Shown piece by piece: positions 29,733 through 38,600 of a stretch of 64,000 bases of DNA (position 1 is its first letter; each line of letters begins with the position of its first letter). The stretch comes from Dehalococcoidia bacterium. GTDB lineage: Bacteria; Chloroflexota; Dehalococcoidia; GIF9; AB-539-J10. The DNA is taken from assembly GCA_030612025.1 (NCBI GenBank), contig JAUWOR010000001.1:32001-96000 (forward strand). Direction: 5' to 3'. A program made the position numbers and the translations under genes. Below the pieces are notes generated by a model that was not told the DNA's origin, ran no database searches, and worked only from the letters and a program-made list of their open reading frames with translations.

Positions 29733-30368
29733 TTAATCCTTGGGAGACAGCTTGTCACTAACCTCCTGGAGTGACACTCTGCCAGCAGATACAACCATCT
29801 TTAGAGCATCATCAACCGAAATGTTGGTCCGAATAACTTTATCTTCCGTCACTATCTCCAGGAAGCCCGATGTCGGATTAGGAGAAGTGGGTATAAAGAC
29901 GTTGAGCAATCTTTCGCCGGACTTGTCATACGATTCATTAGTGATAAAGCCTATTGCCCTCATACCTTCTTTAGGGAACTCTACAAGCACTACCTGCATA
30001 AAGCCAGTTTTGCCCGGCTTAGAGAAGCCTTCCAGGATTTGTTTGATACCGGCATAGAGTTGTCGCGCTGCTGGGACTTTCGCCAACAAGGATTCACCAT
30101 AATGAATCACCCTCCTTCCCACAATGTTGCTGGCTATGACTCCAGCCAAGTAAATTATTACTATCGTTACGCCAAAGCCTACTCCAGGAACTGTGCGACC
30201 CCATATAGACCTGATTACAGGCTGCAGTATATTGTCGAGGACAACAAAGATCCAGACAAATATTAATATGGTGACACCAATTGGCACGACAACAAGAATG
30301 CCCGTGGCGAATTGTGCCCTTAATTTCTTACCTAGCCAACCCCAGGATACTCTCCGAGTGTGCTTCAT
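29733..30368 (-). CDS. DUF502 membrane protein
   Basis: VLVEFP, IGFIT, FIPTSPNPTSGF. Confidence 0.9.
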   Translation of the reverse strand: MKHTRRVSWGWLGKKLRAQFATGILVVVPIGVTILIFVWIFVVLDNILQPVIRSIWGRTVPGVGFGVTIVIIYLAGVIASNIVGRRVIHYGESLLAKVPAARQLYAGIKQILEGFSKPGKTGFMQVVLVEFPKEGMRAIGFITNESYDKSGERLLNVFIPTSPNPTSGFLEIVTEDKVIRTNISVDDALKMVVSAGRVSLQEVSDKLSPKD

Positions 30369-30621
30369 TCCCTTATCCTCCTTATTGCGCCAAGTACACT
30401 AATACTTTCAAGCAACCAATTGATAGCTATTCTAACATTGTAAATTGTCAACGAGAAATGAAACACAATGAGTCCGAACTGACCGAAAGCCAGTTAAAAG
30501 ATGACACCTCAAATTTTGGGAAATCTATTCTTCGCCTTAAATATAAACAAACTGGCTAATTGTTTGCCAAACTGTTGGTCGCCAACCACTACTTCTTGAA
30601 TTCTGAGTAATCTCATTCTAT

Positions 30622-31452
30622 TTAGTCTTTCTTGAATATGCGCCCGTCATAGGTGAATGGTAACGGCATCTTCATTATGGGGTCTACAGCCTTGTCGAGA
30701 TTCGTTACTATTGAATCTAGCCGTTCTTGCCATGAGACTACGTTTGGTTTTTCGAAGTCAAGTTGTCTTGCAAGAGCGAAGCTCTTAATAGCCTCTGTAA
30801 CTCGAAGCATCGTTACACACAATATAAAGGCTTTACTCGGTAGGTCCTCTATTCTGGTATCTGGCGCAGCCATTACTATATATTCCTCTCCCGTTAACGA
30901 TACCGAGAATGCGTCATGTAGTGCAGATGGAATGGTCGGGTGTTTCACCTGACACAGCCACCTATATTGCGAATATAATAGCTCCCAGTAGTTCTCATCC
31001 TTGACATCGACCAAAGTGCTTCCTGACCTACTACTTATTTCCTTCAGTCGTCGTGTGTGCATCTTGCATAGGTCTGCAACAGACCATGGTAAACCAGTTT
31101 TCGAATTCAAGAACTGTTCTGCTCTCTTAACGCTACCCGCTATACAACTAGTGGCAAGAGCATTCTCGAATGCTGCAGCAGCTACCGACCCAGCTTGAGA
31201 TGTGTAGCCCATTAAGAGTAGATTCCAAGTAGCCCGTAGGTCGTTTAACGAGCGTTTCAAAAACAAGGCGGCAACACCAATATCCTCCGTTTTTTCACGC
31301 TTGCAGTCCAAGGTTGGTGCTTCTACTCCACACTCGTAGCAATCAGTAATCGGTTTCGAGAAAGGTTTCAGCATCTCTGCCATCTTCGGACTGCTGGCTA
31401 TTTCTAACTTTGCTAGAACATTCCAAAGACCGTGTGAGTTTCGCATTTCCAT
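30622..31452 (-). CDS. Hypothetical helical protein, possibly HEPN-like (DUF5677-type)
   Basis: Y..LC..KH motif and helical pattern; weak. Confidence 0.55.
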   Translation of the reverse strand: MEMRNSHGLWNVLAKLEIASSPKMAEMLKPFSKPITDCYECGVEAPTLDCKREKTEDIGVAALFLKRSLNDLRATWNLLLMGYTSQAGSVAAAAFENALATSCIAGSVKRAEQFLNSKTGLPWSVADLCKMHTRRLKEISSRSGSTLVDVKDENYWELLYSQYRWLCQVKHPTIPSALHDAFSVSLTGEEYIVMAAPDTRIEDLPSKAFILCVTMLRVTEAIKSFALARQLDFEKPNVVSWQERLDSIVTNLDKAVDPIMKMPLPFTYDGRIFKKD

Positions 31453-31631
31453 TACTAACTTCCCTGTCGGTATCGGGGTATATATTCAGCTTTCTGCCGA
31501 TAATTATACTACTTTTCGAATCACAGGATGAGCAGGAAGAACCCTAAGAGATATTCTAGGAAGTATGTGGGAAAACCAGCCTTAACGATGCTGTCCACCT
31601 ACCCTGCAAGCCGAGGGAATTCGTATGTACA

Positions 31632-32100
31632 GTTGCTTGCGCGTTTTGACGAAATGTTAAATCGTCCCTTCTTAATACTGGTAGGGGCAACGATTCCGCG
31701 CCAACTGCCTCCATCCATACCCGTGAGTCCTCTCAGCTTACTTGAAGATCACTCTGTAAAGGCGGGTTCTTCGAGAGCTCCACAATGTAGTGGGCAAATA
31801 TACGATGGCACATTTTCCCAAAAATTGATTGTTGGCGATGGTGTTACCATCGCATTATTGAAGAGAAATGGCATCAGAGCCATAAGCGAAGAAGATTTGT
31901 AGCTTACTAAGAGAATTGCACCATTTCCTTAGAGCAATATCTACTTTGCGACCTTTGGTTTTGACCACACAACGCAGACAATGATCCTGCATCTATGTGG
32001 GAAGCTGTGCACATCTTTCAAAGTGCTACTGCTCTACACTTGGACCTTGTAGAGCAATTCTCTGACTTCCTCTTTCACCAAGCTTTCGACTGAACAAGAC
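31632..32100 (+). repeat. Repeat unit copy 1 (segment X + displaced DUF523 3' end + segment Y)
   Basis: Aligns with 34215-34675; 31790-31929 aligns with 29534-29672. Confidence 0.9.
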
Positions 32101-32177
32101 GATGAAGTGTGCAACTTTTGCGAGACCCACCAAATCAAAACTCTTTAACTAAAGCTGTGACTACTATGCGATTGGCT

Positions 32178-33002
32178 TTAAACCCTATTATTGTGAAAAT
32201 AGTCTATTATTTGATTAGCCATTCTACAATAACTAGGGAATACTCTTAAATTCACATAGGCACCCTCTAGGGAAACATTAGGTGGACTGTCCTGAGGGTG
32301 CCCAAGATTGTTTCTTTGACAACGGATGAAGTCGAATATAGTGCCCAACATTATGTTGACATTATCCGGTAATGGGCGCGGTGAAACTTGCTGCAGGCTC
32401 TGAATCTTGCTAAAAACCCAGTCCATTTTGGGCCTTATTGCATTTCGGTCAATAATCTTTTCGAACTCACTTTTTTCGTTGGAATCAGATAGCGAGTTAA
32501 GCAGTGCCTCACATAGGAGAAGAAACATTCTTTCTGACGCAATACCAAGCATGACAACAGATGCAACCAGATTCCCCCGAGAGAAACATTCTAAACTTTC
32601 AGACAAGTAGCTCATAACCACAGGATCTGGACTTGTAACTTCTTTTCGAAAACGATCTAAATATCCAGTAGGATCATGGGGGAGATATTTGCCTTCCGAG
32701 ATGACCTTTCTACCATATTCTGTAATATGAAAAAAAGGTAAGTTCGGATTATTGACATTCAAACCTGGAGCCACAACACCCTGTATCATTAACTCCCATA
32801 GGATATCTTGAGCCAAGGAGATCAACTTATGTCTTCCTGCATCCGCGTCACCAACGTATTCAACATATCTGTCAAACCCTCCACCAGAGTGGTCATATTG
32901 ATTCCAGTTCTTATCCTCTTTTAGGCGTTGAAGAATTATCGCTCTAGCTAATTCAAGACCACCTTTTTCATTAGGATCAAATCTGATTTTGCCCATTTTC
33001 AA
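32178..33002 (-). CDS. Hypothetical protein with C-terminal HEPN-like RxxxxH motif
   Basis: ESLECF...ASVVMLG.ASE and RNNLGH; putative defence nuclease. Confidence 0.6.
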   Translation of the reverse strand: MKMGKIRFDPNEKGGLELARAIILQRLKEDKNWNQYDHSGGGFDRYVEYVGDADAGRHKLISLAQDILWELMIQGVVAPGLNVNNPNLPFFHITEYGRKVISEGKYLPHDPTGYLDRFRKEVTSPDPVVMSYLSESLECFSRGNLVASVVMLGIASERMFLLLCEALLNSLSDSNEKSEFEKIIDRNAIRPKMDWVFSKIQSLQQVSPRPLPDNVNIMLGTIFDFIRCQRNNLGHPQDSPPNVSLEGAYVNLRVFPSYCRMANQIIDYFHNNRV

Positions 33003-33414
33003 AGCTTTGCTACAAAAGGACTACTGGCAAAAACACTCGAAATCACCAAACCACTAGATTGCATCTCCTAAGGTTCTCAACTTATTATAAGCTTTCCTCG
33101 AGCAAGCCTCAATGGGCAAAACGGTATAGCCTTACACATGCTCCGCATCATCTAAAACCAACTGGCACTCTTGCCATAGAGGGTATGGATATTTAGCGAT
33201 GAATCTTAACAAACATGAGTGCCCATGATGGATGAAGTTTTTGGGAGAGATTTAGGAGCTACCGGGAATCTCATTTTGGCTTTTTGTTACCGCTGGAACC
33301 TATTGCCAGGACATTTGCTAATCGAATGTTTGAGGCTCGGTTCGCAAGATACAGGTTCTCAGCAATACTAAGGACCGAAATGTCCATGGCTACCAGTGGC
33401 GGAAGAAGATACCA

Positions 33415-34053
33415 CTATGTTTTTTGAAATTCCAGTTTCAGTGAGTTTTCTTGGTGGTCTCCCCAGTCACCAAAGATTGTGTATGCAATCCTTAGGTTTT
33501 GTGAGGGCAACTTGAGTTCATCAGTCACCTTAAGCCTAACTTTACCTATCAGCACATATTTACCTACGAAACACGTATACTCGGGTTGGTTGTAGCTATA
33601 GAAAGAGATTGTAAATCTATCAGGTTCACCAGTTTGTTTTCCATCCAGCCTGTCACCTTCTCGCGCACGAACCAAGTACTTTTCAAACACATTTGGTATC
33701 TTCAATTCTATTTGATACGTAGTAGCCACTCTGTCCCCTTTATTGTATGCATAGATGGGTATATCTAACTGCTTGACCTGGGACAATCCAATGTGCTTCC
33801 GCTTGTTGCCCATTTCATCAAAGGCTAACTCTATGACGGGTCTGGCAAGCGACCTCCGAAATTGATGGGTGGCATATAGTAGTGAGAAGAGCACAGCTAT
33901 AATCGCTACTGCAGTAAATACCAGCTGGGCTTCGGCATATTGAAGTGAAGGTTCGCTTGGCTTGTATGGTCCAAAGAAACTCCCATATATTGTTGAACCG
34001 ATGACCAGTAATGCAACGATTGTGGCTCCCACATATACGCGCCAAAATCGCAT
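33415..34053 (-). CDS. Hypothetical membrane-anchored protein
   Basis: Two N-terminal TM segments, beta-rich C-terminus, GAGGGAG RBS. Confidence 0.65.
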   Translation of the reverse strand: MRFWRVYVGATIVALLVIGSTIYGSFFGPYKPSEPSLQYAEAQLVFTAVAIIAVLFSLLYATHQFRRSLARPVIELAFDEMGNKRKHIGLSQVKQLDIPIYAYNKGDRVATTYQIELKIPNVFEKYLVRAREGDRLDGKQTGEPDRFTISFYSYNQPEYTCFVGKYVLIGKVRLKVTDELKLPSQNLRIAYTIFGDWGDHQENSLKLEFQKT

Positions 34054-34214
34054 CTAGTTTCTCCCTCAATCCTGCATTGTATCACATTCTTGTGCCTGCA
34101 AGCTTATTCCGAACCAACTTAGGATAGAAGACGGACAGACAATGCGGCAGCATAATCATCTGAATCGCGTATTCATGTTTGCATCGACGGTCATAAGCGA
34201 CTAAAATCGGTTAA

Positions 34215-34675
34215 GGTGCTGCACTTTTTGACGGGTTGCTAAATCCTCCTTTTTAATACTGGTATGGGCAGCGATTCCGCGCTAATCATCCCCATCCATA
34301 CCTGCGAGTTCTCTCAGCTTACTGGAAGATAACTTTGTAAAGGCGGGGTCTTCGAGAGCTCCACAGTGTGATGGGTAAATATACGATGGCACATTCTCCC
34401 AAACATTGATTGACGGTGATGGCGTTACCACCACATTATTGAAGAGAAATGGAATTAAAGTTGTAAATGAAGAAGATTTCTAGCTTTCTAAGAAACTCGT
34501 GCAATTTCCTTAGAGCGATAACTATTTTGCAACCTTTAGTTTCGCCCACATAAGATGAGCAATGAATCATCATCCATGTAGAAAGCTGCTCACATCTTTA
34601 GAAGTACTGCTACCCTACACTTGAGCCTTGTAGGGCAATTTTCTGACTTCCTCCTCCATCAAGCTTCAAACTGTG
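34215..34675 (+). repeat. Repeat unit copy 2 (X + displaced DUF523 3' end + Y)
   Basis: Diverged direct repeat of 31632-32100. Confidence 0.9.
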
Positions 34676-34792
34676 CGAAACGATGGATTGTTAGATCGTA
34701 GGTAAGTAGGTAGGATAATCCTGAGGGGCGCCGTTGTAACTGCACGAATAGGATTCAAGCTAGCCAGCAAAGTTAACTAGATGGAACATGCC

Positions 34793-35413
34793 TTACCACG
34801 GTTTACTAAACCCCCCATGGTCACCTTGAAAACGATCAATATTATTCAGAGCCTCTCTCGCAACCTTGCTACCAGGGTCAATCTGCACCGCTGTTTCAGC
34901 ATATTCGCGCGCTTTATGAAATTGAAGGTCAGACAGGTAAGCGGCTGCCAAGTCAGTAAGAATGTTCACATTGGTTGGCGCGAGATCGATTGCCCTATGA
35001 AGATATGCTAAGCCTTTTGCTTTATCACCAGCACAATAGATAGCCCATCCTAATCCACGTAGATATTCACTATTATTCGGTTCTTTATCAACAGCCACCT
35101 CAAATTCACCAATTGCCTTGCCCCATTGGCTTTGTATGGAATAGGTGAAGCCAAGAAGGTAGTGGTAACCAGGGTTGTCTGGCCTACAATTAATAGCCTT
35201 CTTGAGGTGATTCGCTGCCAGGCTAAGCCGCCTTAGCGTGAGGTAAATGTCACCGAGATAAGCATTTGCGTACTCAACGGCAATATCGTTGTCGCTATAT
35301 CTAATCAGGACGTACTTGTATATTTCGATAGCTTTATCGTAATCGCCCTGTTCAATGTGGGTTTTTGCTTCGCTCCATATAGTATAAAGCTCCGGGGCGG
35401 TATCGTTATCCAT
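34793..35413 (-). CDS. Tetratricopeptide repeat protein
   Basis: Several TPR-like repeats; GGAGG RBS before MDNDT. Confidence 0.85.
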   Translation of the reverse strand: MDNDTAPELYTIWSEAKTHIEQGDYDKAIEIYKYVLIRYSDNDIAVEYANAYLGDIYLTLRRLSLAANHLKKAINCRPDNPGYHYLLGFTYSIQSQWGKAIGEFEVAVDKEPNNSEYLRGLGWAIYCAGDKAKGLAYLHRAIDLAPTNVNILTDLAAAYLSDLQFHKAREYAETAVQIDPGSKVAREALNNIDRFQGDHGGFSKPW

Positions 35414-35646
35414 ATGGCCTCCCTGTGAGCAATCGCGCTTGCTTATACACCAAATGGTACCACATCCGAGAAGAAGAGTTGTGGGTGTAGACATGGAATT
35501 ACTACTGCAGCATTGTCTTGCTACATTTTCCGGCTGAATGTGCAATTTTTGGCAGTCAATTAAGCATGATGCTCAGGGGTAAAACAAAGGTAGACTTTAG
35601 CTTCTTAGCTGCTGTATACTTGTTTTGGTAACAAGGAGGCCATGGC

Positions 35647-35865
35647 ATGGAGCGGACATTTGAAGCTACCATTGAGAAGCGCGATAAATGGTATATCGCA
35701 TGGGTGGACGCAGTTCCAGGGGCTTTCAGTCAGGGAAGGACGATTAAAGAGGTCCAAGAAAACCTGAAAGAGGCAGTGCAGCTCATACTAGAAAGTCAGC
35801 AGGAACTGAGAGCCAAAGGGATGGCTGGGAAAATACTGAAGAGAAAGATCCAAGTTCAAGTGTAG
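35647..35865 (+). CDS. hicB: HicB family antitoxin
   Basis: YIA...VPGAFSQGRTIKEVQENLKEA. Confidence 0.88.
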   Translation: MERTFEATIEKRDKWYIAWVDAVPGAFSQGRTIKEVQENLKEAVQLILESQQELRAKGMAGKILKRKIQVQV

Positions 35866-35869
35866 CCTT

Positions 35870-36082
35870 GTGAAACGCCGCGAGCTTATCAACCACCTGA
35901 GGAAAGAAGGTTGTGTTCTCCATCGGGAGGGTGCTAAGCATTCAGTTTTCCTGAATCCAGAAAATGGGCACACTGCTACTGTTCCGCGTCATCGAGAAGT
36001 AGAAGGTCTCCTAGCCAGGAAAATATGTCGTCAGTTGGACATCCCAATCCCTAGAACGGGAGCTCAAGTTTGGCCTCGGTAA
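35870..36082 (+). CDS. hicA: HicA family toxin
   Basis: REGAKH, TVPRH, ICRQL. Confidence 0.88.
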   Translation: MKRRELINHLRKEGCVLHREGAKHSVFLNPENGHTATVPRHREVEGLLARKICRQLDIPIPRTGAQVWPR

Positions 36083-36097
36083 CGGGTAACAAAAAGC

Positions 36098-36200
36098 GGT
36101 GCTTTACAATATGACAAAAAGTTAAATCCTCCTTTTTCAATACTGCAATGGGCAACGATTCCGCACTAAAGGGGTTTCTTGGAGAGCGCCACAATGTGAT
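36098..36200 (+). repeat. Partial third copy of segment X
   Basis: GTTAAATCCTCC...ATACTG...GGGCAACGATTCCGC...GAGAGCGCCACAATGTG with internal deletion. Confidence 0.8.
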
Positions 36201-36242
36201 TTTGCCAGCTTGGAAGATGCATCCTGATTACATCAACCAGCT

Positions 36243-36458
36243 TCACACAACCTCAATAACCTTATTCTTGCTCTTGAAGCCGCTTAAAATCCTGACTTGA
36301 CCCTGAGAAACACCAAAATGCTTTGCCAGTAATTTGATGACTGCCTGGTTAGCTTTGCCTTCCTTGGGTGGTTCTTTGACCTTCACTACAAAGTTATCGC
36401 CTTCTTGATTGATTTCCTCGGTTTTTGAGTTAGGCTTTACCTTAACCTTAACTTTCAA
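36243..36458 (-). CDS. DUF167 (YggU) protein
   Basis: VKPNS, PPKEGKAN, G.KS.NK. Confidence 0.9.
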   Translation of the reverse strand: MKVKVKVKPNSKTEEINQEGDNFVVKVKEPPKEGKANQAVIKLLAKHFGVSQGQVRILSGFKSKNKVIEVV

Positions 36459-36550
36459 CTAATTCTCCCCACATTCCCTGGTTATGAAATCTCACTAGCT
36501 TAACCGGCGCTATTTTATTAGTTAAGGGCCTCTGACTCTAAGTAAATACC
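36453..36550 (-). repeat. Displaced copy of the mtaB 3' end (repeat of 37105-37202)
   Basis: VFT*SQRPLTNKIAPVKLVRFHNQGMWGELVES* versus VFTPSHEHLTNKIAPVKLAGFHNQGMWGELVEILS*. Confidence 0.95.
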
Positions 36551-36561
36551 GGCGCCCGCAT

Positions 36562-36796
36562 CTAGTCTCTGAGTAATCTTAAGAACTCCTCCACTGAGAG
36601 GTCAGCCTGTTTTAAAATCCTCTTCAATGTTCCCTTTGGAATATCCTTAGAGTGGATGGGAACTGTTATTTTCAAGTCAGGCTTCGTCTTATGAAATAAT
36701 CGAGCATGGCTCCCAAGTTTGGTGATGAATATAGAAGCCAGCTTTGAGAAGAGCTTTAAGAACCTCTTCACCTTTTATGATAGGGAGCTTTGCCAT
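36562..36796 (-). pseudogene. hicA: HicA toxin, frameshifted
   Basis: MAKLPIIKGEEVLKALLKAGFYIHHQT, one extra base near 36715, then GSHARLFH...TVPIH. Confidence 0.85.
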
Positions 36797-36798
36797 CT

Positions 36799-37026
36799 CT
36801 AGACAGTCACTGCTATGCGCTCAATGGCTGGCTCCCTGTCTTCCGGAATCACCCCTTTTTCTTCAAGGACGCTCTCAAGATAACACTTTAAGGCATCCTC
36901 AGCCATCCTCTTTGCTTCCTCAATCGTTTCCCCAAAGGTGCAAATCTCAGGGATTGCTGGAAAGATAACATTGTAGCCCCCTTCCCTAAGGGGCTCAAAA
37001 ATAACCGTATAGTGATAACTTTTCAT
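36799..37026 (-). CDS. hicB: HicB family antitoxin
   Basis: EGGY.V.FP..P...TFGETIEEA. Confidence 0.9.
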   Translation of the reverse strand: MKSYHYTVIFEPLREGGYNVIFPAIPEICTFGETIEEAKRMAEDALKCYLESVLEEKGVIPEDREPAIERIAVTV

Positions 37027-37093
37027 TCTGCCACTTTATATGCCTTTTCAGATATCATGTCAAGGCAAGGCAGTTTTTAGGTTTAATATCAGC

Positions 37094-38464
37094 TTAACTT
37101 AGAATTTCAACTAATTCTCCCCACATTCCCTGGTTATGAAATCCCGCTAGCTTAACCGGCGCTATTTTGTTGGTTAAGTGCTCATGGCTTGGGGTAAATA
37201 CCCTGATATAGTTATCAGTTAGCCCAGAATGTATGCCGCTACCAAGACTTGTCTCCTTTTCCCACAAGACAGGCATGACTTGCCCTAAAAACTGCTCGTA
37301 AAAACTATGCCGGCATTTTTGGGCTAACTCTAACATTCGCTGCTTGCGCTCCTTCTTTACTCTCTCATCTATTTGCTGGGGCATCCTAGCTGCCAGAGTC
37401 CCGGGACGAGGAGAGAAGGGAAAAACATGGATATTGGCAAAGCCAGCTTGCTGGCAAAAGTGGCAGCTTTGCTCAAACTCTTCATCGCTCTCCCCAGGGA
37501 AACCAACCATGACATCCGTGGTAATAGCTACTCCGGGTATTGTCTCCTTGATCAGATTCACTGCCTGTTGATAATCATCCAAAGAGTAACACCGCTTCAT
37601 CCTCTGAAGAATCCCGTCACTCCCACTCTGGAGAGCCAAATGAAGGTGGCGACATAGCCGCTTGTCCTGCCACAAGGCAAGAAATTGAGCAGAAATCTCC
37701 TGCGGCTGCAGTGAAGAGAGACGCAGCCTTCCAATACCTGTGTCATGAAGAATGCGCTCTATTAAACCTCTGAGGTCAATGCTAGATCCTTCGCTATCGC
37801 TCAGGACGGCGTCTTTATAACAGCCAATCTTAGTCCCGGTGAGAACAACCTCCTTATAGCCCAGAGCCACTTTCAGCTTAACTTCATCAATTATCTGGGA
37901 GGCAGGCAAAGAATACTCATAAGCCCTTACTCGAGGCACGATGCAATAAGCGCAAGGACTACGACAGCCGTCTTGAATTTTTATCAAGCTGCGAATCCTA
38001 CTGATGCCATTAAGCGGGATAAAGGAGCCCCTCCCTACATCACCCCTTACTTGGCAGGGGGCGTGAGATTGCCTCATTTCACCCTCACCCCTTCCCTCTC
38101 CCTTCAAGGGAGAGGGGATTTGTGCTCGCAACGACAAGCCTCCAACAATCTCAAGCAAGTGCTCTTTCTCTTCGTTGTCAATGACAGAATCAGCAATTGG
38201 AGCTAGTTCCTGAGGAGCCCTTTGAGCATAGCAGCCACTAGCAATAATGAAAGCCCGAGGATTTCTTCGCCTAGCTAGCCTGAGCCAGTGGCGTGACTTG
38301 CGATCAGCGACATGAGTTACTGTACAGGTATTGGTAATATAAATGTCAGCTACATCATCAGGAGTTACAAGCTGATATCCTGCTTCCCTGAATTGATTTG
38401 CTAGGGATTCCGTTTCTGCCTGGTTGAGCTTGCACCCCAATGTATAGAAAGCTACCCTCACCAC
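37094..38464 (-). CDS. mtaB: tRNA t6A37 methylthiotransferase (radical SAM)
   Basis: TLGCKLNQAE, NTCTVT, QDGCxxxCxYC, TDVMVGFPGE, GLTDNY. Confidence 0.93.
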   Translation of the reverse strand: MVRVAFYTLGCKLNQAETESLANQFREAGYQLVTPDDVADIYITNTCTVTHVADRKSRHWLRLARRRNPRAFIIASGCYAQRAPQELAPIADSVIDNEEKEHLLEIVGGLSLRAQIPSPLKGEGRGEGEMRQSHAPCQVRGDVGRGSFIPLNGISRIRSLIKIQDGCRSPCAYCIVPRVRAYEYSLPASQIIDEVKLKVALGYKEVVLTGTKIGCYKDAVLSDSEGSSIDLRGLIERILHDTGIGRLRLSSLQPQEISAQFLALWQDKRLCRHLHLALQSGSDGILQRMKRCYSLDDYQQAVNLIKETIPGVAITTDVMVGFPGESDEEFEQSCHFCQQAGFANIHVFPFSPRPGTLAARMPQQIDERVKKERKQRMLELAQKCRHSFYEQFLGQVMPVLWEKETSLGSGIHSGLTDNYIRVFTPSHEHLTNKIAPVKLAGFHNQGMWGELVEILS

Positions 38465-38465
38465 T

Positions 38466-38543
38466 CTAAAACCCTAATATCTAATCCCTAAATCCTAAAC
38501 AAACTCTAAATATTTGGAATTTAGTGTTTAGTGCTTAGTATTT
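38466..38543. repeat. Heptamer-based imperfect inverted repeat (CTAAATC-like / TTTAG-like)
   Basis: Tandem CTAA-containing 7-mers followed by TTAG-containing 7-mers. Confidence 0.6.
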
Positions 38544-38600
38544 CTACTCAATTATGCTATAGTTAACGACTTTAATCAAAAAATTATTAACGGATAAGAC

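Noticed and set aside
31528-31902. 124-aa ORF ending like DUF523
   Set aside because: Chimera of repeat segment X and the displaced DUF523 end; lacks the N-terminal motifs.
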